NCBI GenBank assembly: GCA_030153935.1
Contig: JASKKX010000001.1
Coordinates: 7,901-71,900, forward strand
DNA length: 64,000 nucleotides
Reading direction: 5' to 3'
From: Verrucomicrobiota bacterium
GTDB lineage: Bacteria; Verrucomicrobiota; Kiritimatiellia; Kiritimatiellales; Tichowtungiaceae
The notes below the pieces were generated by a model. The model had not been told where the DNA came from. It saw nothing but the letters and a program-made list of their open reading frames with translations, and ran no database searches. The first letter of the stretch is position 1. Each line of letters opens with the position of its first letter. Position numbers and translations under genes: made by a program. Shown here one piece after another: positions 25,609-35,032 of this stretch.

Positions 25609-27378
25609 TTGAAACTGAAGAATTTAAAACAGACAACCGCGATAGGAATGATACTGCTTTCCGCCGCATCGGTTTTCGGATTCGATGCAACCATGAAAAT
25701 CAATCCTCCGGTGATTGAACTGAGCGAATCGGCAGAGTTGATTGTTGAGGTGCGCAACGCAAAGAATCCGCAGCAACCGGTTCTGCCGGATATTCCCGGG
25801 CTGCGGATAGACTATACCGGCGAGTCGGCCAACAGCAGGTGGATCAACGGGAAGTCGGACAGTTATACAGCCTACAGCTATTCCGTTTATCCGCAGAAAA
25901 CCGGCACGTTCACCATTGGGCCATTCAATTACACAATTGGCAACGAGACAAAAATCCTCCAAGGCGAGCTGAAGGTCGTTCAGCCTGACAGCAGTTCAAC
26001 GCAGGTGAAGAACTGGGCGGATATTCTCTTTGCCAGGCTTTCCGTTGACCGCAGCAGTGTCTATGTTCAGGAACCGTTTGAACTAACCCTCGCGATTTAC
26101 TCGCGGCAGGGACTTCAGCTGGTCGGCAATCTCAGCATAGAAAACATGCCGAAAACCGGTCTGTCCGAATTTAAATGGCAGGAACTCGATCCATCCCGCG
26201 ATGTAATCAACAATACGGTTTATGATGTGCACCGGTTCCGCGCTCAGATCCGGGGACTGCATTCCGGGACATTTGAGTTCAATCCGACCATGACCGTTCA
26301 GGTGGTTGTCCCGAATCAAACCGGGCCGCGCCACCGTCTTTTCGACGATCCGTTTTTCAATCCGCTTTTCTACCGGGCAGAAACACGACCGGTTGATGTA
26401 GCGGTTGAGAAAACATCCATTGTCGTCAAACCTCTGCCGGAAGAAGATCAACCCCCTGGATTCAGCGGGGCAATCGGCCAGTTTGATTTTCAGGTAAGCG
26501 CACAGCCTGTCGATGTCCACCCCGGCGATCCGATCACCCTGACCATGCGGATTACAGGAGACGGAAACCTCGACCACATCGCCGCGCCTCCGTTTCCTGA
26601 AGAAAATTCCTTCCGCCTGTACGGAGACCCGCAGAAAAAAGAAGAGGAGCATACGGTAGTCTTTGAGCAGGTCATCTCGCCGCGCAGTGCCGAAGCAACT
26701 CAAATCCCGCCGATCAGATTTTCATTTTTCGATACCCGGTCCGGCCGCTACAAAACCCTGAACAGCGACCCAATCCCGGTGACGGTAACCGCATCCTCCA
26801 ATAATACAGCACAGGTCTTTGCAGCCAAAGAATCGCTTGTTTTACCTCCGCCGGAAACTCCGTTTGCCACCGAAAGCGATCTGCAGCAAATCACGGTCAC
26901 CCTTGAAACCTTCTGGCAGAAAATCCGCGCCTGGCTGTGGCTGATTCCCGGAGTATTGGCGATCTTCCTCGCGGCCGTCGGCAGCCGGAAGCTGCATCAT
27001 CATCACAAAAAAGATACGGCGCGAATTCGCCGCCAGAAAGCCCCAAAGGCCGCACGCAAGGCGCTGCGCAAGGCGAGACACGCCCGGCACCAAGGCAATA
27101 CAGCGGCGTTCTATGATGCGCTGTGGAATACTCTGGCGGAATACTTCGGAAACCGCCTTAATCTTCCGCCGGGAGATATCGACTCACCCACGATCCTGCA
27201 GGCACTGAAACAGGCTGCAGTCGATGGGAAACAGATAGACAAGCTGCGATCTGTTTTTGAACATGTGGAAGCAAGCCGTTATGGACTGCCAAACAGTGAA
27301 AGTACCTCCGAAGAGATGAAAAAAACGCAGCGCACACTGGAACAGATATTGAAGCGATGCGAAAAAAAGAAATTCTGA
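25609..27378 (+). CDS. batD: BatD-like (oxygen tolerance) protein
   Basis: 589-aa ORF. Signal peptide, repeated Ig-like blocks (FTIGPFNY..., the GxFxF-type motif GTFEFNPTMTV, ITGDGNL), a late TM helix (WLWLIPGVLAIFLAAVG) and a basic cytoplasmic tail, as in BatD. The start is uncertain (TTG 25609 versus an ATG about 40 nt downstream). Confidence 0.75.
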   Translation: MKLKNLKQTTAIGMILLSAASVFGFDATMKINPPVIELSESAELIVEVRNAKNPQQPVLPDIPGLRIDYTGESANSRWINGKSDSYTAYSYSVYPQKTGTFTIGPFNYTIGNETKILQGELKVVQPDSSSTQVKNWADILFARLSVDRSSVYVQEPFELTLAIYSRQGLQLVGNLSIENMPKTGLSEFKWQELDPSRDVINNTVYDVHRFRAQIRGLHSGTFEFNPTMTVQVVVPNQTGPRHRLFDDPFFNPLFYRAETRPVDVAVEKTSIVVKPLPEEDQPPGFSGAIGQFDFQVSAQPVDVHPGDPITLTMRITGDGNLDHIAAPPFPEENSFRLYGDPQKKEEEHTVVFEQVISPRSAEATQIPPIRFSFFDTRSGRYKTLNSDPIPVTVTASSNNTAQVFAAKESLVLPPPETPFATESDLQQITVTLETFWQKIRAWLWLIPGVLAIFLAAVGSRKLHHHHKKDTARIRRQKAPKAARKALRKARHARHQGNTAAFYDALWNTLAEYFGNRLNLPPGDIDSPTILQALKQAAVDGKQIDKLRSVFEHVEASRYGLPNSESTSEEMKKTQRTLEQILKRCEKKKF

Positions 27379-27438
27379 AGGTCACCTGCAAGGGTTTTAC
27401 CTGCCTGAACGTTACAAACTTGTTAACCGGAGAGTCTT

Positions 27439-27657
27439 ATGATTCCTGAAAGAAAACCGAACAGAAATGCATGGCTGTGGTGGATTTCGGTCATCACACT
27501 CGCGATTGGAATTTCCATTTATGTTTTTCTGGAGCCAGCGGAATATGATGTGGAAATTCAGCGGATTCGTTCTGCGGCACTGGTTCTCTCCATCCTGGTT
27601 GCCGGTCTGTGCATCATTATCGGCACGGCAAAGCGCTGGTTCGGCAAAGGCCTGTAA
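27439..27657 (+). CDS. hypothetical two-TM small membrane protein
   Basis: 72-aa ORF. Two clear hydrophobic helices. Last ORF of the Bat gene string. Confidence 0.5.
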   Translation: MIPERKPNRNAWLWWISVITLAIGISIYVFLEPAEYDVEIQRIRSAALVLSILVAGLCIIIGTAKRWFGKGL

Positions 27658-27774
27658 GCAGTGATCGGCATTTTTTATTCACATCGTTCGTCGATCCTGC
27701 AAAACCCCGCTTTTATGCGAGAGCTGTAATCTGGTCCAGTCGATCGGCGAGGAAATTTCCTGATCGCAAAGCCT

Positions 27775-28390
27775 GTGCCTCGAACAGGTCGGCGCAGGGT
27801 TGCAGGCAGACAAGCAGCCGCTTTCAGCATCGGAATGGACAACACGGCGGTGCGGGGGCATCTGCAGGAGCTGGGGAGGGGCTCGGTTGAAGAGGCCCTG
27901 GTTAAGATGTACTTGGCAGGCGGATCGGTTCGCCGGGGGGAAGAAGATATCCCCGAAGCCCTTTGGGGCCCGCAGGTCGGCCCGTCAACCCTCAGCAACC
28001 TCAGCCAAAAGGGTTATGAGCGCATCGAGGCATGGCGGAGCCGACCGGTTGTGGGTGAGTTTCCCTATGTGTATCTCTGGAGGGAATCTGCCTGAAGGCG
28101 TTTGACGAATTCCCGGCGTTGTACGGAGCCGGATATCCGAAGGCTTGCGAGTGTCTCTCGAAAGACAAGGAAGACCTCTTCCCGTTTTATGACTTTCCGG
28201 CGGAACACTCGATTCACATCCGAACGACCAACCCGATCGAATCGACCCCCGTCCGGCTGCGAACCAAACGGACGAAAGGCTGCGGCTCAGGAACTGCAAC
28301 GTTGACGATGGTTTATAAGCGGGCCGAACAGACCGAAAAGCACTGGCGGGGAATGAACGGCCATGCGTTGATTTTGAAAGTCCCGAAACC
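27775..28390 (+). pseudogene. IS256-family transposase relic with the catalytic DDE core deleted
   Basis: Piece 1: EEALVKMYLAGGSVRRGEEDIPEALWGPQVGPSTLSNLSQKGYERIEAWRSRPVVGEFPYVYL (IS256 block ...MYLAGVS.RRVEDI.EALWG..VS.S.IS.L......W..RPL....YPYVY.DG). Piece 2: FDEFPALYGAGYPKACECLSKDKEDLFPFYDFPAEHSIHIRTTNPIEST.PVRLRTKRTKGCGS (C-terminal IS256 block). About 200 aa between the pieces are absent. Confidence 0.75.
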
Positions 28391-28499
28391 AAGAACGGGG
28401 ATTTCGACCCCGTTATTCAGTTTAAAGGTGCTGTTGATATTCCTTGATTACCTCCTGACTTGTTGTGTTCGGAATAAGGCGGTAAGCATATAAAAGAAT

Positions 28500-29609
28500 T
28501 CACGGCGATGCCCTGAGAATGTCTTGCAGTGCGAGGAGGGTGGCCTGGTTCTGCCCCGGCGTGCCGACGGTGATGCGGATCCAGTCGGGCAGGCCGTACC
28601 CGTCCATGGGGCGGACGATTATTTTTCTTTTCTGCAGTTCTTTGAACACTTTTTGCCCCTGCCCTGTTCGGATGAGGAGAAAGTTGGCATAGGAAGGGAC
28701 GAACTCCAGGCCGTTTCCAATCAGTGGAAGTTTTTCTGCAAACAGTTTCAAGCCCTGAAAAACCATCTCGCGGCTTTGTTCCAGATGCGTTTCGTCGTCC
28801 ATCGCGGCGAGCGCGGCGGCAATTGCCATGGCGTTGACATTGAACGGCTGGCGGACGCGGTTGAGCAGTCCGCTCAGGTTCTCATGTCCAACAGCATAAC
28901 CGATACGCAACCCGGCCAGTCCGTACGCTTTGGAGAACGTGCGCAAAATAATGAGGTTTTCCTGTCCGTCGCGAATCCGCCGGATCAAATCCGGTTTCAT
29001 GCTGTCCGGCATAAGTTCGACATATGCTTCGTCAAAGACGGCCAGCACATGCGCCGGCAGTTTTTCGAGGAAGGCATCGATCTGCTCCGGGGTAACCGCC
29101 GTACCGGTTGGGTTGTTGGGATTGCAGACGATGATCATGCGCGTTTCCGGTGTAATGGCAGCGAGCATGGCGTCGAGATCATGCGTGAAGTTTTTCATCG
29201 GCACAGCAACGGCCTGCGCGTTGAATAGCGCGGCAACGAGACGATAAACCGCAAAGGAGCATTCGCTGATCACCAGATTCGCGCCGGGATCAAGGTAGAC
29301 ATGGCCGAGAAATTCGATCAGTTCGTTACTTCCATTGCCGAAAACCAGGTTCTGCGGTTTTACACCGATTTTTGCGGCCAGTTTGTTTTTCAGAGCGAAG
29401 CAGCCGCCGTCGGGATAGCGATGCATTTCTTCGGCCGCAGCGGTCATGGCGTCGAGCGCTTTGGGCGACGGGCCGAGCTCGTTTTCGTTTGAGGCGACCT
29501 TGATGATTTCTCCGATGTCGTCGAATCCCAGTTCGCGCGCCACTTCTTCGATCGGTTTGCCCGGTTCGTAAACCGGAATTTTTTCAATCCATTTGTTGGG
29601 GGTCATCAT
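28500..29609 (-). CDS. hisC: histidinol-phosphate / aromatic aminotransferase (class II PLP aminotransferase)
   Basis: IKVASNENELGPSP, NPNNPTG, TFSKAYGLAGLRIGY (PLP lysine motif). Start set at the MMTPNKW ATG (29607-29609) behind AGGAG. The upstream 35 codons of the track ORF overlap the ACT gene. Confidence 0.85.
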   Translation of the reverse strand: MMTPNKWIEKIPVYEPGKPIEEVARELGFDDIGEIIKVASNENELGPSPKALDAMTAAAEEMHRYPDGGCFALKNKLAAKIGVKPQNLVFGNGSNELIEFLGHVYLDPGANLVISECSFAVYRLVAALFNAQAVAVPMKNFTHDLDAMLAAITPETRMIIVCNPNNPTGTAVTPEQIDAFLEKLPAHVLAVFDEAYVELMPDSMKPDLIRRIRDGQENLIILRTFSKAYGLAGLRIGYAVGHENLSGLLNRVRQPFNVNAMAIAAALAAMDDETHLEQSREMVFQGLKLFAEKLPLIGNGLEFVPSYANFLLIRTGQGQKVFKELQKRKIIVRPMDGYGLPDWIRITVGTPGQNQATLLALQDILRASP

Positions 29610-30051
29610 TATCTCCTGAGATATCGGTGTAAAATTCTGCGGCGGAAACAATCCCGATTCCCGCCGCCGCAAGAACAGCAGAGGCATGATCGAGATCATC
29701 AAAGCGAATGACAATCAGTGCATTTTTTGTCGGTTTGCAGGCAAAGGCATACATATATTCGATACTCAGCCCGCCGTCTTCCGCGACCTTGAGAATTTTT
29801 TCAAGCCCGCCGGGCTCGTCGGCCACTTCAATGGCCATCACGTCGGTGAGATTCACAGCGAAACCGGCTGTTTCAAGCACCTCTTTGGCGCGTTGCCATT
29901 CGCGAATGATCAACCGCAGAATGCCGAACTCACGCGTATCGGCCAGCGTCATGGTGACAATATTGATGCCGGCTTCCGCCAGTACCCGGCAGACGTGGCT
30001 GAGATGTCCCGGACGGTTTTCGAGAAAAACCGAGAGCTGTCTGATTTTCAT
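29584..30051 (-). CDS. ACT domain-containing protein (paaK-associated type)
   Basis: MKIRQLSVFLENRPGHLSHVCRVLAEAGINIVTMTLADTREFGILRLI... is a tandem ACT fold, typically encoded beside phenylacetate-CoA ligase genes. Confidence 0.85.
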   Translation of the reverse strand: MKIRQLSVFLENRPGHLSHVCRVLAEAGINIVTMTLADTREFGILRLIIREWQRAKEVLETAGFAVNLTDVMAIEVADEPGGLEKILKVAEDGGLSIEYMYAFACKPTKNALIVIRFDDLDHASAVLAAAGIGIVSAAEFYTDISGDNDDPQQMD

Positions 30052-31373
30052 CGTATCTCCTCCCCTTCACTGCGTTTATCGATGATCCGTTTGGCTTTCC
30101 CTTCGCTGCGGGCAATGGTGTGCGGCTCGACGAGGCGGACAGGCACACGCAGCCCGATCGTGTGTTCAATGGCATACGCAAGGTTTTTCTGCATGGTTTC
30201 GAGTTCGCGGATCCGGTCGCCGAACATCTCTTCCGTCACTTCGACCTGTACTTCGATCTGGTCGAGACCGCTTTTGCGGGTGAGCAGAATCTGATAGTGC
30301 GGAAGCTTTTCTTCAACAGAAAGCAGCGCGGACTCAATCTGCGACGGAAAGACGTTGATGCCGCGAATGACCATCATGTCGTCGCTGCGTGAACGGATAC
30401 GGTTGATGCGGCAGAGGGTGCGCCCGCAGGCACAGCGCTCCGGGACAATCGAGGTAATGTCGTGCGTGCGATAGCGAATCATAGGAAACGCCTGTTTTGT
30501 AAGCGTTGTGATCACCAGCTCGCCTTCCTCTCCGGCGGGCAGTACTTCGTCTGTTCGGGGATCGACAATTTCCACCAGGAAATGGTCTTCAAAAATATGG
30601 ATCCCCGACTGTTCGGAGCATTCGATGCCGACGCCGGGACCGATGATTTCAGAGAGGCCGTAGATGTCGAAGGCGCGGATACCGGATTCGCGCTGAATGT
30701 AGTCGCGCATGGCATCGGTCCACGGTTCCGCCCCGAACACACCGATTTTCAGGTCGAGGTCTTTAAAGGAGATTCCGCTTGCATTCACTTTTTCGATCAG
30801 ATGGATAAAATAGCTCGGCGTACAGCAGATCGCGGTGACCCCGAAATCTTTCATTACCATAATCTGCCGATCGGTATTGCCGCCGGAAATCGGAATCACG
30901 GCCGCGCCGAGCCGCTCGGCGCCGCCGTGCGCACCGAGACCGCCGGTGAAGAGACCGTAGCCGTAGGCATTCTGCAGCACATCGCCGGCATGCAGGCCGG
31001 CGGCGATAAATGATCGCAGGACAACACTGCTCCAGACATCCAGATCATCTTTTGTATAGCCGACGACAATCGGCTTGCCGGTTGTTCCGCTGGAGGCATG
31101 CAGACGGACGACCTCTTTCATCGGTACGGCGAAAAGCCCGTAGGGATAGGTGTCGCGCAGATCGGTTTTCTGCGTGAAAGGCAGTTTTGAAACATCATCC
31201 AGCGTCCGGATATCCCCGGGCGTCAGACCACGTTCGTTCATGCGCTGCCGGAAAAGATCCACATTGTCAAAGCAGCGCTGAACAGTCGCCTGCAACCGTG
31301 CCAGCTGCAGCGCACGCAGTTCGCCGGGGTCTAGATAATCAGGCATGCAGTCGGGATGAATGTCGTATTCCAT
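30048..31373 (-). CDS. paaK: phenylacetate--CoA ligase family protein (AMP-forming)
   Basis: 441-aa ORF. SSGTTGKP (AMP motif), YGLSEIIGPGV, RYRTHD, and overall PaaK/F390-synthetase layout. Confidence 0.9.
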   Translation of the reverse strand: MEYDIHPDCMPDYLDPGELRALQLARLQATVQRCFDNVDLFRQRMNERGLTPGDIRTLDDVSKLPFTQKTDLRDTYPYGLFAVPMKEVVRLHASSGTTGKPIVVGYTKDDLDVWSSVVLRSFIAAGLHAGDVLQNAYGYGLFTGGLGAHGGAERLGAAVIPISGGNTDRQIMVMKDFGVTAICCTPSYFIHLIEKVNASGISFKDLDLKIGVFGAEPWTDAMRDYIQRESGIRAFDIYGLSEIIGPGVGIECSEQSGIHIFEDHFLVEIVDPRTDEVLPAGEEGELVITTLTKQAFPMIRYRTHDITSIVPERCACGRTLCRINRIRSRSDDMMVIRGINVFPSQIESALLSVEEKLPHYQILLTRKSGLDQIEVQVEVTEEMFGDRIRELETMQKNLAYAIEHTIGLRVPVRLVEPHTIARSEGKAKRIIDKRSEGEEIR

Positions 31374-31381
31374 GTGTTCTC

Positions 31382-31858
31382 CTATGCAGACAGACGCCCC
31401 AGTTCAAAGGCAGCCTCATTCACTTCATGCAGTTTTTGCGGCAGAATTTCGCGGATCACTTTCAGCCAGGCGTCAACCGGAACATCAAGATGCCGGCTCA
31501 GCAGGCCGATCATCGCGACGTTGAGCGCTTTCCTGTTTCCCAGCCGGGACAGGTCGATCGCAGTCGGCTTTAAAATGACAGTGTCCGGCGAACATTCGGC
31601 TTCATAAAGCGGGAACTGATCCTCCTGAAAGAGCACCAGGAAGTCGATCGTCCCGGCCGGGATCATGGGGCTGAACACTTTTTTTCCGAAACGCACGTCA
31701 CTGCAGATCGATCCGCCACGCTGACTCATTCCGTGGACTTCCGCCTTTTTAACATCGAGTCCCTGCCGGAAAAACACTTCCGCCAGAATCAATGAGGATT
31801 TCAGCACGCCCATTCCGCCGAGTCCGGCCACTTTAATACTGGTTACCTTTTCGTTCAT
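31382..31858 (-). CDS. iorB: indolepyruvate ferredoxin oxidoreductase subunit beta
   Basis: 158-aa ORF. VAGLGGMGVLKSSLILAEVF...EVHGMSQRGGS is characteristic of IorB / the gamma domain of 2-oxoacid:ferredoxin oxidoreductases. Confidence 0.85.
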   Translation of the reverse strand: MNEKVTSIKVAGLGGMGVLKSSLILAEVFFRQGLDVKKAEVHGMSQRGGSICSDVRFGKKVFSPMIPAGTIDFLVLFQEDQFPLYEAECSPDTVILKPTAIDLSRLGNRKALNVAMIGLLSRHLDVPVDAWLKVIREILPQKLHEVNEAAFELGRLSA

Positions 31859-31863
31859 ATAAC

Positions 31864-33447
31864 TTATCCTTCGGCGTCAGCCGGTTTCACACCTTTCCGG
31901 ACCATCGCCAGAATACAGGGCCGGCGCACAATTAAAACGGTTAATTCATTTTTCCCGAGCGCCTCAATCAGCGCCGCCTCAAATGCTGCGCGCTGCTGCA
32001 CCGGATCGAACGTTCCAACATTCGGGACATTCATTGCACGGGCCACTTTTTCGTAATCGAGCCGATTGGTCGGCGTATGATCCAGCAGGCGCCCGGTGCC
32101 GGGGTGCTCCTGCTGACCGGTCATCGCGGTGGTTGAGTTGTCGAGAATCAACAAAACATGGCCGGTTTCCGGCACGTTGTATGTCATTTCAGCAAGTCCG
32201 GTCAGTCCACTGTGAACAAACGTGCTGTCGCCGATGACGCTGACGACCCGTTTTGCTTCTTCACGCGGCAGGACATGACGCAGGCCAAGACCGACTCCGA
32301 GGCTGGCGCCCATGCAGATCTGCGTATCCATCGCCGCCAGCGGCTGGAGCGCGGCCAGTGTGTAGCAGCCGATGTCACCCGCCACGATGCAGTTATTCTG
32401 CTTGAGAATTTCAAATGTCACGGCATGTGGACACCCGGCGCAAAGCTGCGGCGGCCTGCCTTTCGACGGCACGGCTTCCGGGGAGGTATCGCCGGCAAGA
32501 ATCCGTCTGACACGGTTTACATTGAGTTCGCCGAAACGATACATTTCCGGCGCGCTTTCAACCGTGCCGCCCGCTGCGCGCACCGCATCGGCCATATACG
32601 GATCGTTTTCTTCAATGACAACAGCCCGGTCGACGGAAGCGATAAAGTCGAGCATCGGTTTCACCGGCAGTGGGCAGCTCATGCCGATTTTAAAAAAAGA
32701 GGCTTCCGGCGCGGCTTCCCGCGCATGTTCAAAAGCAACGCCGGAAACCAGAATACCGAGATCTTTCGACCCTTTAATTTCTTTATTCGGCCCGTTCTTT
32801 TCGTTCCATTCGGCAATCTCCGCCAGTTTCTGCCGCAGACGGCGATGCGCCGGACGGGCGTGACCCGGCACCATAACGTGATACGGAATATTGCGTTCAA
32901 AGTGCGCCGCCGGCAGATCCGCATCCGGTGCGCGCGGCGTAACCACCGTTCCGGAATGACAGACGCGGGTTGTCAGTTTGAGGATCACCGGAATCTTCCA
33001 GCGTTCGGAAATTTCAAACGCGCACCGGGCAAAATCGTACGCCTCCTGCGAATCGGACGGTTCCAGCAGCGGTACACCGGCGGCAACGGCGTAACGGCGG
33101 GAATCCTGTTCATTCTGGCTGGATGCCATTCCCGGATCATCGGCCACCACAAAAACCAGCGCACCGTCCACGCCGCTGTAGGCGGCGGTAAACAGAACAT
33201 CGGCCGCGACGTTGAGTCCGACGTGCTTCATTGTCGCAAAAGAGCGCACTCCGGCAAAGGAAACGCCCAGCGCCACTTCAGCGGCGACTTTTTCGTTGGG
33301 GGCCCATTCGGCTTTCCCTCCCAGCTGATTGAAGACCTCGAGGATTTCACTCGACGGGGTTCCGGGATATCCTGCTCCGCGAGCGGCCCCCGCATGCAGC
33401 GCTCCCAGAGCAACGGCTTCATTGCCCATCAGAAATTTACGTTCCAT
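31864..33447 (-). CDS. iorA: indolepyruvate ferredoxin oxidoreductase subunit alpha (TPP-binding)
   Basis: 527-aa ORF. LMGNEAVALGALHAGA..GYPGTPSSEI, CAGCPH, GDIGCY, GDSTFVHSG TPP motifs. Confidence 0.9.
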   Translation of the reverse strand: MERKFLMGNEAVALGALHAGAARGAGYPGTPSSEILEVFNQLGGKAEWAPNEKVAAEVALGVSFAGVRSFATMKHVGLNVAADVLFTAAYSGVDGALVFVVADDPGMASSQNEQDSRRYAVAAGVPLLEPSDSQEAYDFARCAFEISERWKIPVILKLTTRVCHSGTVVTPRAPDADLPAAHFERNIPYHVMVPGHARPAHRRLRQKLAEIAEWNEKNGPNKEIKGSKDLGILVSGVAFEHAREAAPEASFFKIGMSCPLPVKPMLDFIASVDRAVVIEENDPYMADAVRAAGGTVESAPEMYRFGELNVNRVRRILAGDTSPEAVPSKGRPPQLCAGCPHAVTFEILKQNNCIVAGDIGCYTLAALQPLAAMDTQICMGASLGVGLGLRHVLPREEAKRVVSVIGDSTFVHSGLTGLAEMTYNVPETGHVLLILDNSTTAMTGQQEHPGTGRLLDHTPTNRLDYEKVARAMNVPNVGTFDPVQQRAAFEAALIEALGKNELTVLIVRRPCILAMVRKGVKPADAEG

Positions 33448-33449
33448 TT

Positions 33450-33854
33450 CTATTCCTTATTTAAAAGTTCAATCACCCAGTCCGGCGTGCGAACAGGACG
33501 ACCGGTTTCCATTGAAACCATCGGGTGGATTGTATAGCCGTCTGCGACCGGTCCCGATCCGTCCGCCTGCACAATCCGGTTGTCAAACAGCAGGCGGGCG
33601 CGGCCCTCCGCTTTCAGAGTAACAGTCATTTCGAGAAGATCATCATACCGTGCCCGACCGCGAAAGAAAATCCGCGCTTCAATCAGAGGCAGAAAAATTC
33701 CGCGCGTTTCCCATTCCACATAAGGAATGCCCATGGCGCGTATCAGTTCGGTACGCCCGACCTCGAACCATTCGAGTACGCGGGCATTATAGAAGGTCTG
33801 CATCTGGTCGGTTTCACTGTAACGAACACGGAACTGAAGGGTATGTGAGGGCAC
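33450..33854 (-). CDS. acyl-CoA thioesterase (YbgC/4HBT hotdog family)
   Basis: 134-aa ORF. FRVRYSETDQMQTFYNARVLEWFEVGRTE matches the 4HBT catalytic-Asp N-terminal pattern. Confidence 0.85.
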   Translation of the reverse strand: MPSHTLQFRVRYSETDQMQTFYNARVLEWFEVGRTELIRAMGIPYVEWETRGIFLPLIEARIFFRGRARYDDLLEMTVTLKAEGRARLLFDNRIVQADGSGPVADGYTIHPMVSMETGRPVRTPDWVIELLNKE

Positions 33855-33869
33855 GGGAACCTCCTTTTA

Positions 33870-34988
33870 TTAACCGGCAGGCCGGCGGTCTCGGCTGCGC
33901 CTGTCTTTCCAGACGCCGGCGACGCGTCCGGTTTTCAGGTGCCAGGCGGCCGAAAGAAAAACAGGTACATCAAAAACAAAGGCGAGCACGGCAACGGGCA
34001 GCATACGGATCTTCTTAAAGAAGCTGATTTTCGGGTTGTGCCAAAAGCGGAAACGGAACCAAGGTGAAGGCATGGTGTTTACCAGACCGTTTTCGCGGAT
34101 GCTCAGCTGCACCAAACGGTAAATCCAGTTTGGATCGGCCTGATCCCGCGCCCGCAGATAAGCGACAGGATTGAGTTCCGGTCTGTCGGTCCGCTGGATC
34201 TTGAGATGGCGCATGAGCGTTTCAGTGAAGGTCTGTCCGACGAACAGACGCACACGCCGGCAGTAAATGTCATAAAACGTCCGGTACGCTTCGAAGGTAT
34301 AGGCGGCATCCGCCGCCACTCCGATCCGGGCGGAATTATCGGGACGCGAAGCCATGTCGCTGCAGATCATCCGCTTGAAGCATCCGTCCACCGCGCCGGG
34401 AAGCTGTTTGGGAAGCCAGACAGTGCGCATGGCGGCGGCACGTGCACAGAAACAGTGTCCGCGCACCTGGGCTGTATGGGTGCGTTCCGTGAACCGGGTA
34501 ACCGCCAGATTCAGCCGGTCGCAAACTGTTTTGCATTGTGCGGTTTCGATGTGCTTTCGTCCGATCGGCGAAACGACTTTCATGTCGTAGTCTTTCTGAA
34601 TCGCCACGAGCATCCGCTCAAACACATCGGATCGATCGATGACGATATCGGCATTGACGAAAAAAATAAAATCGGCATCGGGCCGGCTGTAGGTATGCGC
34701 CAGCAGATTCCAGGCATTGGGAAATCCGGCTTCAATGACCTCCTCAAGCCGCAGGCTGACCGGGCCGCCCGCCGGAAACTCAACCCTCGATTTTTCCAGA
34801 AACTCCGTCGTTATCGGGACGGTCCGGTCTGTGCATCCGTTGGCAATAACAATCAGCTCCGATTCAAAGCCGAGTTTTCCGGCTTCGCAGAAGACCGACT
34901 GCTCGAGAACGGACTTCAGAGTCGCCACAATGCCTGACTCTTCATTCCGGGCGACAACCCCGACAGAAATTTTCAACGGTTTTTTCAT
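33870..34988 (-). CDS. glycosyltransferase family 2 protein with C-terminal membrane segment
   Basis: 372-aa ORF. SVGVVARNEESGIVATLKSVLEQ (GT-A N-terminus), a DxD-like region (FFVNADIVID), hydrophobic C-terminus. Confidence 0.7.
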   Translation of the reverse strand: MKKPLKISVGVVARNEESGIVATLKSVLEQSVFCEAGKLGFESELIVIANGCTDRTVPITTEFLEKSRVEFPAGGPVSLRLEEVIEAGFPNAWNLLAHTYSRPDADFIFFVNADIVIDRSDVFERMLVAIQKDYDMKVVSPIGRKHIETAQCKTVCDRLNLAVTRFTERTHTAQVRGHCFCARAAAMRTVWLPKQLPGAVDGCFKRMICSDMASRPDNSARIGVAADAAYTFEAYRTFYDIYCRRVRLFVGQTFTETLMRHLKIQRTDRPELNPVAYLRARDQADPNWIYRLVQLSIRENGLVNTMPSPWFRFRFWHNPKISFFKKIRMLPVAVLAFVFDVPVFLSAAWHLKTGRVAGVWKDRRSRDRRPAG

Positions 34989-35032
34989 GTTGTTTTCAGG
35001 AGGAATTCCCTCCTGCTTCAGGAGGTGGAAAC

